A DNA stretch of 64,000 nucleotides, taken from Camelus ferus (taxonomy: Eukaryota). The translations under genes and the position numbers were made by a program. Under the pieces are notes generated by a model. That model saw nothing but the letters and a program-made list of their open reading frames with translations. It did no database searches and was not told the origin of the DNA. Of this stretch, positions 13,961-26,013 are shown in pieces (the stretch's first letter is position 1; every line of letters starts with the position of its first letter). Location of the stretch: contig NC_045696.1 of assembly GCF_009834535.1 (NCBI RefSeq), positions 75,766,001 to 75,830,000 on the forward strand. Direction: 5' to 3'.

Positions 13961-16900
13961 TCAGGGAGAAAGCCAGTTCATTGGTGCAATTAAATAGTAA
14001 CAAGGACTGGAGGAGGAAGAACCTTTTTCAGCAGTGTTTTGAGGGTTTCAATGTCATGAAGGAAGAGTGACACTTCGAGGGTGTCCGTCAAGGTAGGCAG
14101 CAAAAGTGCTTGAGGAAGGGTCTGAGGAAGTAGGATGGTTTGCCTCTAGTGGTGGAAACCAAAGGGCCCCCTCTTTTGGAGCTGGGAACCTAGATGACTG
14201 AGTAGGGATGCATGCGAGTGGTCTGGATAGGGAACTAATGAGCCCACGGCGGGAGGCAGTACAGGAAGTTTTTCATCTAACAGAGCAACTGTAAAGCAAA
14301 GGGATTAAGAAAACAGAAGGTAAGAGTTAGACTGAGGACACAGAATGCAAATCCATATCCAAGTAATATTTATGGATTGCCTGTGGAGTTCCAGGTATAG
14401 TCACAAATGGAATCACATTTGAATGTTATCTACACGTTACAGATATAAGGAGGTTGAGAAAGTTGCCTAAAATGAGCCTATTTTAAGTGGTACAGCTGAG
14501 GCTTCAATCCCAAGCTTTCTAGTGCCTTGATTTTTTAAAATTTTAATCCCTTGCATCATATCATATCATCCCTCATCAAAATTGGGAGAGGTGCGGGGCA
14601 CAAACACGGCACCAGGTTATATGTTAATACGGATGCTGATTTCACAGAAGATCCAGCCCTCTTAAACCAGCATCAAGTGTTGAACCCAGATCAAAGTAAT
14701 TTCCAGTTAGGCCATTGGCTGTTAATAAATAATTCATTACATGAAATTACAAAATAAATGCCAGAGGTAAGAAATTATGTATTTTGATATGGTGACAAAA
14801 ATCAATAAAATGCAACTACCAGATTGTTTTTCCCCTGGTTTCATAGCTTGTTAATTTTGTGACTATTCATTTGAGTAAATACATCTGAAATATGAGAGTA
14901 AAAGGCTAGTAGCCATTTATTCATGTATTATAAATGCTAAATTCCAGGAGTGTGTGACATCTACATGAATATAAACCAAATTTATTGTAATTAATGTTAT
15001 TACCATGAATAAGAAATAAATTCATAATATCCAATATGTAAATACTGAGCAAAGCACGCAATTTGTCTCCTTTTGAAATTAATCTCACATTCACATTAAT
15101 ATGATTTATGTTATTGTAATATACACTATGCCTCTGGAATCAGATTGGGAATGATTAGTTCTTTATGTGATCTTAATAACAAATACTGTGCTAACAGGAT
15201 CATAAATATCAACTAAAATTAATTTATTTTTCTAATATTCTTAAAATATCTTCCTGAATTTGAACTTTGAGTAGTAATGTAATGAATGAAAATAAGCGTA
15301 AGTGCCATGACATATTAAAATGTCAAAGCAGAGGACACCTATGGTCACAGTTCGAGGGATGGATCATGGATCACAGTATGTTAGAGGGAGGAAGGGCCTT
15401 GGAGGTCATTCGGTTCAATCACTTCATTTTGTAAATGAGGAAAGGGAAGGCCGGGGACGCAGGGGACTTCTCCAGGGTTCAGTGCGCAGCAACAAAGTGG
15501 CAGTGCCGAGAGTGCAGTGCAAACCTTCTGACTTCAGTCCACACTTCTTTTTGCTACATCATGCTGCCTGAAGAACCACTTTTCATCATCTTAAAATGCT
15601 ACCTTACTATTGCATTAGCGAGTGAAAAATTAATGGGTATATATATTTTTTTACTTTGTAAATGAGAAGAAAGCCCTTCCATTAACCACAGCAAAACAGT
15701 GTTTACTATAACCTGAGCTCAGATGACAGTTTTGTAGCCCACACATCCTACTGAAAATAGACCTTCTAGATTTAAGCACCTATTATTGCATTGATAATCT
15801 TTTCAAATGAGCTGCATTTTTACTAAAATAAATTATTTGACTTATGATGATTAATTTTCGTGATACAAGAGGAAGTCATTATAGAATCATATTGTAGAAA
15901 ATTTTGAAATAAAAAGAACACTTTTTTTCTATTCAGGAGTAATTTACAAAAAGAGGCATAGATCTTAAGTGTACCGTTTGATAAGCTCCCACAATTTGAT
16001 TTCCATTTTAAAAGATAGATAGGTTTTTATTAAGACTGTGCTGAAACCATAGTTCAATTTGGGGAGAATTGACATCTTAACAGTTCTGAATTTTTCAAAA
16101 CATATAAGCATGATATGTATCTCTATTTAAGTCTTCTTTACTTTCTCTCATTAGTGTTTTGCAGTTTCCAGTATAAAGCTATGTACTTACTTTAATGTTA
16201 AATTTATCTTAAATAGTTTATATTTTCTAATGCTAGCATAAATAGTATATATTATTAATCAATTTCCATTAGGTGCTACCATATAGAAATAAACTGACCT
16301 TGTATCCTATAATTTTGCTAAATTCACTTATTAGTTCCATTAGCTGCTTTGTGGATTGCTTAGAATTTCTACGTATATCATCATACTGTCTATAAAGACA
16401 GCTTTATTTCTTCCTTCCAATCTACATGACTTTTTTTTTTCTCCACGTAGTTCACTGACTACAACTTGAATTACAAAGTAGAATAGAAGTGGTGAAATCA
16501 GTCATCCTGGCCTTATTCTTGATCTTAAGAGAGAAGTATTGATTAGGTATGATGCTGGCTATAATTATTTCTTAGATGTTCTTCATAAAATGAAGTCTTA
16601 TCTTCCCTTTCAGTTTAGAGAGTTTGGATTCAAATGAGCTTTGGATTTTGTCAAATGTCTTCTGTGAATTTATTGTGGTGTTTATATATTTTCTAGATTG
16701 CTCTGAATTTTTCTGTTAAAGTTATCAATTAGATTGACTTCTGAATGTTGAAATGCATAAATGGGATAAATCCCACTGGTATGTGTGCGTGTTTGTGCAT
16801 GTGTGTATTGCTATTGTTTTGTTAAAGAATTTTGCTTATAAGGGATTTCAGCCTGTAGATGTTTTCCTCTGTAATGTCTTTATCTGTGTTAGGTATCAGG

Positions 16901-18604
16901 GTAATGCTGACTTTATTTTTATGAATTGTGAAGCGTACCTTTCAATTTTGTGAATGAGTTTATAGAGGATATGGATTATTTCTTGCTTAAATTTTTGTGG
17001 AAATTTAAGTGAAGCAATGTAAGCCTAGAGTTTTCTTTTTGGGAATGTTGTTAATTAATAATTATATCTCGCTAATAGATATTGATTATTCAAATTTTCT
17101 GTTTTTTCTTTACTGATTAATCTTATTTTTCCTAAGGAATTTGTCTACTTCATCAGAATTGTCTATCTTATTGGCTCATAGTGTTCTTAATATTTCTTTT
17201 TATCCTTTTAATAGGTATAGATTTATACTAGCATCCTCATTTTCATTCCCGACACTAGTAATTTGTGTATTCTCTTTTTTCTTGGTGAATACGGACAGGG
17301 AATTTATCAATTTTAATAACGTTTTCAAAGAACCACATTTGATTTCATTGATTTTTCTCTATTGTTTAACTGTTATCTATTTAATTAATTTCTGCTTCTC
17401 TGTTATTTTCATTTTTCTACTGACTTTGATTTGAATTTGCTTCTCTTTTTAAGCTTCTTATGCTGAAAGATTAGGTCATCTTAGAATATTTTGTATTTTC
17501 TTTCTGATTTCTTCTTTAACCCATATTTTTCTTAGATCTGAATTGTTTAATTTCCAAATATTTGAAGCTTTCTTGGGTGCTGGTTTTTTTTTCATTGATT
17601 TCTACTTTAATTCCATAGTGGTAGGAAAACATATTTGGTATAATTTCAATGTTTGGAATTGAGACTTTTTAAATGGCCCGACATATGTTCTATTTTGATG
17701 AATGTTCTGTGTGTGCATTTGAAAGGAGTTAGTATTCTGCAGGTTCTTGGATGCAGCACTCCATAAATGTCAATTTGATCAAGTTGGTTGATAAAGTTTT
17801 TCAACTTGTTTTTGCTCTTACTGATTTTCTCTCAAATAGATCTGTTATTACTGAGAGAGGAGTTTTTAAATCTTGTACTGTTACTGCAGATTAATCTGTT
17901 TTCCTTTACTTTCTGTCAGTATTTGCTTCAATTATTTTGAAACTCTGCTATTAAGTACATACCTATTTATTATTGTTAGGATTGCTTGATGAATTGTTCT
18001 TCTTATCATTATGAAATATTCCTCCTTAACTCTAAGTCACTTTCCCTGAAATCTATTTTCTCTGACATATGAATATCATTACTCTACCTTTCTTATAATT
18101 AGTATTTGCATGGTACTTTAAAATATATATCTGCCTTTATATTTAATGTGTGGTTCTTATAAGCAGAAAATTTTTTGTTCGCTTTGTTTTCTGTGTCTGA
18201 TATCTCTGTCCTATAATTAGAGTACAAGCCTACTTACATTTTTGGAAAGTAACTTAAATTTATCCATTGACTTTTTCATTATACTTCTCTGTGTTTTAGT
18301 AGCTGTTCTAGGGATTGCAGTATGTATCCTTAACTTTTCACAGTCTACTTAGAATTAATATTGCAATACTTTTTGAAACTTTGCAATGTTGGAGATCCAT
18401 TTTTTTCTCCATATTCCCTCATACTACAGTTATCATACGCATTACATCTAAACCCATTAAATACCCCACAATGCTATGATTTTTTATTTAATCAGTCCTA
18501 AGTATTTTAAGAAATTAAGATGAAAAGAGATAGGCTTTTTAATTTACCCAAAATTTATCATTTGTGACAATTGTAATTCTTTCCTGAAGATATAAGTTTT
18601 CATA

Positions 18605-18867
18605 TTATATATTTTATTGAACTGTAGTCAGTTTACAATGTAGTGTCAATTTCTGGTATTATTTTTCAATGCTATACTCCATTTAGAGTTATTATAAAAT
18701 ATTGGCTATATTCCCTGTGTTGTACAATATATCCTTGTAGCTTATTTTATACATAATAGTTGATACTTCTTAATCCACTACCCATACATTGCCTCTCCCC
18801 ACCCCTTCCCACATAACCACTAGTTTGTTCTTTGTATCTGCGAGTCTGTTTCTTTTTTGTTATATTT
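18605..18867 (-). mobile_element. Younger cetartiodactyl/camelid-type L1 3' end nested in the older L1
   Basis: ttttattgaactgtagtcagtttacaatg...attggctatattccctgtgttgtacaatatatccttg...taaccactagtttgttctttgtatctgcgagtctgtttc. Confidence 0.8.
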
Positions 18868-19481
18868 GGTATTATTTAATTTCATAATGGAGAACTTCCT
18901 TCACCATTTTTTGTAGTGCAAGTCTGCTGAGGTTAAACTGTAAATTTTTATTTTCCTCTGAAAATATCTTTTTTCTGTTTCTTTCTTGATAGGTATTTTG
19001 TTAGATAAAGAATTTTGAGTGGACAGATTTTTTTCTCTCTCTCTCTTTTAGCACTTAAACGTTGCTTTCCAACTGTCTTCTGGTCTTCATTTGTCCAACT
19101 ATCATTTACTCACAGTGTGTCATTTTTCTTGGGCTGATTCAAGATTGTCTCTTTATCTTGGGTTTTCAGACGTTTGATTGTGAAGCTTCCAGGCATAATC
19201 TTCTTTGCATTTGTCATGCTTGGCATTGATAGTTTTCTTGAATTTATAAATTATCCTTTTCACAAAACTTGGGATTTTTTTAGCTGTTATTTCATTAAGT
19301 ATTTCCTTTGTCCTGTTCTCACTCTCCCTTGCTTCTGGGATTCTACTTCTACATGTCAGTCCTTTGATTTTGTTCTAGAGGTCTGTGAAGATATGTTCTT
19401 TACATTTTTCCCTCTAGACTTCAAAATATATCATTTCTGTTTCTCTGTTTTCAAGTTCAGTATCTGTTTTACTGATCATCC

Positions 19482-20090
19482 TGTTGCAGAAAAAATGTGT
19501 TACTGCTCAGTTGTGACAGCAACCTGGATCCAGGCGAGAGACCAAGCACACTCAGAGAGTTGGAGAATTCAGATTTATTGCGCCAGCAGGCCCAGAGGAG
19601 TTAACACTCCAAGCTCTGGACCCTGGCTGTAGGTTTATACAGGCTTTTATAGGCTGCCAGTTTACACTTTGCAACATCATATGCAAATAAGGTATAACAA
19701 AAGTTGACTAATTAGGAACAAGCTTTGTAGAAATGGACCAATCAGGAGGGAGCGAGATAACCAATCAGGGTGAGGGAAATGGACCAATCAGGAGTGAGAG
19801 AAATAACCAATCAGGAGTGAGCTCCATGCAAATAAAGTACTACAAATAGACCAATCAGAAGTTAGGGAAATTGACCAATCAGAAGTGAGAGAAATAAACA
19901 ATCAGGAGTGAAGGAAATAACCAGTCAGAAGTGAGCTCAGGGAACCAATAGAATTTTAGGGGTAAGTATGCAGTTTCAGATGCAAAAAGTGAGGTACAGC
20001 CTCTGGGCCAGGGAACTGGATAGTGCTGGCAGGAGAGTAGTGGTCCTGCCTGGGGGTTCTGCCAGTCTTTTTATGGGGCTTCCCACCTCA
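19482..20090 (-). mobile_element. Solo ERV LTR (ERV1-type, 609 bp) with tandem CCAAT array
   Basis: TG...CA termini; 4-bp TSD ATCC at 19478-19481 and 20091-20094; minus-strand TATAAAA (19645-19651) followed by AATAAA (19574-19579); flanking L1 text resumes after the TSD. Confidence 0.9.
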
Positions 20091-20939
20091 ATCCCATCAG
20101 TGAACTTTTAATTTTAACATATTGTATTTTTCATTTCTACAACTTCATTTATTATTTTCCAGTTTTTTTTTTCTCTGATGGGACATCATCTTTCAATCAC
20201 TTGAGTATGTTTTTCTTTTCATCTTTGAGGTTAATTATAATAGTGTTTTGACATCCATGTATATTAACTCTAAGAGCTGAATCATCTCAGGGTTGGGCTC
20301 CATTGATTGCTATTTTATCTTGCTCAGGGGTCAGTACATTTTCCTGCATTCTCTTAAATTGAGTAAGTTTGTATTGTGTCTTAGATATTTTGCATGTCAT
20401 ACTGTGGAAAATCTGGATTCTGGAAATTCCAAGTTTGTCTTAAATTTGCAAACTCTCTTTTTTGGTAGCACCTGAAATCTTAGTTCAGTTTTTGTCCTGA
20501 ACTGGTGTCATTCTACACACATATTTCAGAGGTAAGAGAGATTCGAGCAGAGTTTACACCAGCAAGCAAGGGTTCCCACTTCGTCTCTCTTGATCAGAAG
20601 GCACACTTTATTCTAAGTAGCTGGGATTTCCCCAAACTCTATCCTCAGGTTCTTCAGGTTAGAAAGGCTAAGCATGTTTTTAATTAAAGATTTAGTCACC
20701 CCAAGCAGTGCCAAATTTCACCTGCCTTCAAGATAAAAGATACAAAACCCAGTAACTCGCCCTATGCTGTTGCCTTTTTCAAGTGTCTACTTGCCTCCAG
20801 AATGTGGCTATTTCTGTTGTTAGCTTTTATTGCCTTTTGGCACTATTTTTTGTTTTGTATTTTGTCTAAAGTTTGGAGAGGTTATCCATGAGACAGCATC
20901 ATCCTTTAGGAACCACGCAGCCAAACCAGAAGAGCCCCT

Positions 20940-21890
20940 ACTCCATTTACTTTTAATATGATTGTTGCTATGATTGGTTTAAGCCTGCTGGTTTGTTATT
21001 TTTTTTCTGTTTGTGCATCTGTTCTTTGCTATTTCTCTTCCTTTACAGCTTTATTTTGCATTAATTGTTTTTCAATATTCCATTTCACTCCTCAGTTGGT
21101 ATTTAGTTACACTTCTTTGTCTTGCTTTGCCTGTTGTGTGTATTTGTGCTTTCTCTAGTATGTACATGTATCTTTATCATATTTTATCTTCAAACAGTAT
21201 TGTATCACTTCAATTATAAAACACAAACTTTATAACAATATAAAGTCTTTTTCCTGACTCACTTGTTTTGTGCATTTGATGCACACATTTTACTTCTCTA
21301 TTTTGTAAAGCCACAACATATTTTGGTCACTTTGTTTTAAAAAGTTAATTATCTTTTAAAGTAAAAAAAATTTTTTTAAACTGTATTATGCTTATTCACA
21401 TATTTTTCATTTCCAGAACTCCACATTTCTTTGTGTAGATCCAAGTTTCTAGCTGCTATATCTCTTACTCTGCCTGAAAATTTTCTTTTAACATTTCTTT
21501 TAGTGTTCACCTGCTATCAAGATTCTCCTAGCTTTTGTTTATCTGAAAATAACTATATTTTGCCTTTAGATCTGAGGAATATTTTCACTGGATATAGAAG
21601 TCTAGGTTGACAGTTTTTCTTTTCATTCATCATCTTAAGATGTCATTCAGTTGTATCTTGGCCTCATTGGTTTCACATAAAAATTCAGCCCTCTTTGAAT
21701 CATTGTCTCCTTGTATGTAATATGTCTTTTTTTCTCTGAGTATTTTTAAAATACTGTTTTATGTATTTCTGAAATTTGATTATAAAGTATCTTGGTGTGC
21801 TTTACCTTGTGTTATCTCAAATCGGTTTTTGTTTAGCCTCTTGAATTAGCTTGTTAACATTTTTCATCAGATTTAGAAAATTATGTTTAC
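20940..21890 (-). mobile_element. Second old L1 fragment (ORF1/inter-ORF region, L1MC/MD-type)
   Basis: ttctttgtgtagatccaagtttc...tctgcctgaaaattttctttaacatttctt...gaatattttcactggatatagaagtctaggttgacag. Confidence 0.75.
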
Positions 21891-21924
21891 AGTAACTAAA
21901 TCCATCCCCAAATTCAAAATACAG

Positions 21925-23460
21925 GGTCCCCAAGGAAGTGGCCAAGATGGCAGAATAAAAAGACCCTGAGCTCACCTCCTCCCACAGGCACACCAAAATT
22001 ACAACTATTTTCAGGAAAACTATTAATGAGAAAAACCAGAAGACAAGCAGAAAAGATCTTCCACAACTAAAGATATAAAGAAGGAGACAAGATGGGTAGG
22101 AGGGGCAGACATGCGGTATAGTCAGGGCCCCTACCCATACTCCTAAAGGGCACACTCCAGCTCCCAGGGCAGAAGCAGTAACAGGAAAGGAGCCTGGCTC
22201 AGGCCCACCTGCTGATCTTGGACAGCCTCCCAGACAGGCAGAAGGCAGCAGGGCTCATCCCAGGAACACAGACGCTGGCAGCAGCCATTTTAGGAGCTGT
22301 GGACACTGGTGCTGGCAAGCACCATTTGGGGATCCTCCCTCTAACTTATTAGCACTAAGACCCATCCTCACTCAGCTGCCTATCAGCCACCAGTATAGGG
22401 ATGTCTCAGGCCAACCAACTAGCTGGGTGGAGACACAGCCCACCTACCAGCAGGCCTGCTGCACTAAGAACCATGGAGCCCACATCTGCCCTGATCAGTG
22501 ACCTGGCCCCATCCACCAGAGACCCCAGGAACTGGCTCCACCCACCAATGGGCCAGCATTAGCCTCGGGACTAGCTTCACCCACCAGTGAGTAGGCCCCA
22601 GCCCCAGGACCCCCCGGGTGCTGGCCTTACCCAACAATGGGCCAAAATACCACCTCTGGGACCTCCAGGGCCCCACAGCCAGAGTCAAACACAAAAGACA
22701 AATGCTGTATGATTTAAATCTAAACAACAGAACAAATGTACAAACATAGCAGGACAGAAACAGTTACAGATACAGCAAACAAACAGGTGTTTGCCAGAGG
22801 AGAGGTGAGTGGGAAGAGGAAAGAAACAGGTGAGAGAGCACAAGAGGTACAAACTTCTGGTTGCAAAATAAGTGAATCACAGGTATGAAATGTACAGTAT
22901 GGGGACGATGGTCAATAACTGAGTAATATTTTTGTATGGTAACATTGGAACTAGACTTATAGTGGTGATCACTGTGAAATGTGTAGGCAAAAAACCCCAC
23001 TATGTTGTATAACAGTAAATAACATAGTGTTATAGGACAATTATATTTCAAAAGCAAGCAAGCAAACAAACTCCTAGAAAAAGAGATCAGATTTGTAGTT
23101 ACCAGAGGCAGGGGTTGGGGGAAGGGTGAATTGGATGAGGCTGTCTAAAGGTATTCCAAACTTCCAGTTAGAAGATAAACAAACACTAGGGATATAATGT
23201 ATAACATGATACAAATAACTAAGACTGCTGTGTGTTAGATATGAAAGTTGTTAAGAGAGTGGATGCTAACAGTGCTCACACACACAAAATTTTTCTATTT
23301 CTTTACTTTTGTACCTATATCAAATGATGGTTATTCACTAAACTTACTGTAATGGTCATCTCATGATTTAAGTCAAATCATTATGTTATACTCCTTAAAC
23401 TTATAGTTATATGTCAATTATATGTCAATAAAACTAGAAGGAAAAGAATAAATTTTTTTT
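21925..23460 (+). mobile_element. Internally deleted L1: 5'UTR joined directly to 3'UTR
   Basis: Starts with an L1 5' end (caagatggc at 21943-21951, gaccctgagctcacctcctcccac); at ~22684 switches to 3'UTR text (agtcaaacacaaaagacaaatgctgtatgat); ends caataaaactagaaggaaaag; candidate TSD aaaatacag at 21916-21924 and 23461-23469. Confidence 0.8.
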
Positions 23461-24239
23461 AAAATACAGATTCATTGTAAAAATGAGTTGCTACATATAG
23501 CTTGAAGCAGGCCTACTGATTCCCCCCTCTTTCTGTCTGAGGTGGCTGTGTCTGTAGAGCAGACCACCTTACCTCACCATTCAGTTGTTAGCGTGGAGGA
23601 GATAGCACAGAAAAAGAGACTGAGCCAGGCCAACCTCGAGAATTAATGCCCTGCTCAGGTGTACTTGTCACATGAGACAAGTAGTACAAAAGGGCATCCC
23701 TCTCAAAACGCTGATCCTTAGGGCATAATAACCATGCTCGTAATAACTGTGGCTCCAACAATGCCCTAAGCCCTGACACAGCAATTTTGGGGCCAATCCT
23801 CAAGTGATGGGCAAAATATCTAGAAGAGATGGAAAGAAAGGTGGATGCTTGGCCAGAAAGGGCAGAAGATTCCATCCCAAAGAACATCAGCAGAGGGGCT
23901 TTGTCAGTACCTGGAGTCACAAAGGGCATACCACCAGCAACTCACAGGGTCGTAGCGTATTAGTTTAGAAACTGTTTGAGAGCAGTTTACACGGAGGTGT
24001 AGGAGGAACTGAGATTTAAATCTAATCTTGGTGGGGAAACCAACTAATTCCAAAATGTTCTTGATAATCTGAAATAATAATGGTGCCACTGGTGTAAATG
24101 AAGAAATTATTATGAAGGGGAGTCTACACTGGTGGGATGGTAGAAAAAGGGAAGAGGCTGGCTTTATTTGCTTGGGGATATATTTGCTCACTTAGAAGCT
24201 AGTTGGTTATGACCTGAACTGAGCTGAAGAGGTCTTCAA

Positions 24240-24420
24240 AAGAACAAACACAGAGGGAGAAATCAATATTGGAGAAAGAGAAATGAGATTAGGTCTGGAC
24301 TTGATTATTTTAAGACTGTGTGAAGCGATCTTGGAGAAATATCCAAAAAGATGTTGGCTATTTGGGTGCAGAGCAATTTGAGACAATGGTTTGAGATACA
24401 GTGTTGAGGTTCTGTTAGTA
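24240..24420 (-). mobile_element. Highly decayed L2 fragment
   Basis: aatgagattaggtctggacttgattattttaagactg...ggagaaatatccaaaaagatgttggctatttgggtgcagagc parallels the antisense L2 motif gagttcagttttggacatgttgagtttgag...ggagatgtcc...gttggatat. Confidence 0.5.
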
Positions 24421-25139
24421 AATGAAGCTCCTGAATGAACGATCTGTTTGAGTAAATGGGCCTCAGTTTTGAGGCAAACTGTAGTTGTCTGTTTATAGAC
24501 ACCAAACATTTCTATAGGTGACTTCTTGTAACTCAAAACTGTAATGATGAAAAGAGAAATTATCCTTTAAAAAATAATCAGGTACCACTACTTCTTGGCT
24601 CTATCCTTTGAAAACAGCGTATCGAAGAGGGAGGTTTAGTACCAAAAAGCATCAGCTTGCCTATGCAACTTCATCTCTGTTGGGAGTAGAAGGTAAGAAA
24701 TTATAACAGCTGTTATTCTGGTGATGAGCAGGATCGCACTTAGGTTTTCAGTGTTTTCTCATGAGTATTGATTGGAGAGTGATTATATATTCCATCCTCT
24801 GTGTATACATCTCAGGAACATGCAGAGTCTCAGAGAACAAGATTTTACAAATGTATACACGCCTGGAAATACACCCATTCAACTTTGTGGAGTAGTGAAA
24901 AGAGCTGTGGATAACACGGAAAACAAACTGTGTACCTGTTCTGGCTCTGCCCCTTCCTGGATTTGTGATTTGGGGCAAATTACTCCTCTGTGTCTTCATT
25001 ATCCTCATACGTAACCCCTCATATGAGGGGTTTAGATTTGCAGAACATGTGGTTCTTTCTCAGCTTAAGACTGTAAGTCTCTCTTCCAGGCAAAATCAAG
25101 TATCTGGGCTCACATTATATGGCAATGCACCTATGAGAG

Positions 25140-25630
25140 TCAATTCACCATGTATTTGTTATCTACTACATTTAGGTATTAGAAATATAAAAACAAACAA
25201 GAAAACAACCTTATCTTAAGAATGTCACAGACTAATGAAGAAGACATTTCCATAATTAGTTACAAACTAATAGGATAATTGGAATAATTTAGTTTTATAC
25301 CGGGCACTCTGAAAACAAAAATAAGGGAGAAACTCAATGTGTCTGGGGTTTTAGATGTTTCTTAGAAGAGGGAATACGTGAACTGAGTCCGAGAAGAGGT
25401 GATGAGTTTTCTGGACAAAGACAATGGTAGAAGTTTGTGAATAGAATTATTAGTGGAATGAAACTACAGCAAAGCAAAAATATTCAAGAATCATTTGTAT
25501 TTAGAAACTCACAAGCACTTAAAGGCTCAGCAGGTGTGTGGTGACATGGTGGTTCCGGAGATTAGGGAATCAGAAAGTGTCAACTCACGAAGGACCTTCA
25601 TAAAGGGTTTAGACTTCATCATATAGACCA
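25140..25630 (-). mobile_element. L2 fragment
   Basis: caattcaccatgtatttgttatctacta start; gaaggaccttcataaagggtttagacttcatc end. Confidence 0.55.
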
Positions 25631-25699
25631 GTTGCTTCCAAGATTTCTGGATATGTTGTCCATGAGTAAAATTCTTAAGCATGCCATTACATTTTTAAA

Positions 25700-26010
25700 A
25701 ATTAAAAAATATTTTCAAGAATTCAGTATGGCGCTAGACATGAATATATGGAAATCAATTATCTTCAAAAATAGCAATCTATTAGAAGACATGGTGGAAA
25801 AAAAACTATTTAAATATCAAAATAGTAACAAAAACTATATAAGAATAGTCTGAACAAGAAATGTGCAAGATCTGTTTAGAGAAATCATTCTAAAATACTA
25901 CTGAGGGCTCAAAAGAACTGGATGAGTGGAAAGGTGTACCTTGTTTTTGAATAAAAAAGGTTCAACATAGTTCCCTTAAGTTAACCATTCCTCAATGAAA
26001 ATGTCAATAA
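25700..26010 (+). mobile_element. Old L1 ORF2 fragment
   Basis: aacaagaaatgtgcaagatctgtttagagaaa...tggaaaggtgtaccttgtttttgaata. Confidence 0.65.
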
Positions 26011-26013
26011 GGC

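Larger units (their letters stand above)
15920..20935 (-). mobile_element. Long decayed L1 (L1M4/L1ME-type; ORF2, ORF1 and 5' regions) with nested younger insertions
   Basis: caatttggggagaattgacatcttaacag, gaatagaagtggtgaaatcagtcatcctggccttattcttgatcttaag, attttgatgaatgttctgtgtgtgcatttgaaagg are antisense L1 ORF2/endonuclease motifs; no intact ORF. Confidence 0.85.

Noticed and set aside
19174..19632. Longest ORF in the track (152 aa)
   Set aside because: Non-ATG start, reads antisense L1 into the LTR across the insertion junction, and has the F-rich composition typical of T-rich repeat DNA
19738..19950. Regularly spaced repeats superficially like a CRISPR array
   Set aside because: Eukaryotic context, 23-bp tandem units with similar rather than unique spacers, inside a TG..CA LTR, and no cas genes
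23578..24537. Three minus-strand ORFs tiling ~950 bp between an acceptor-like and a donor-like site, suggesting a large decayed exon
   Set aside because: Two in-frame TAA stops (24207-24209, 24192-24194) and a frame change; no recognisable protein; part of it matches an L2 remnant
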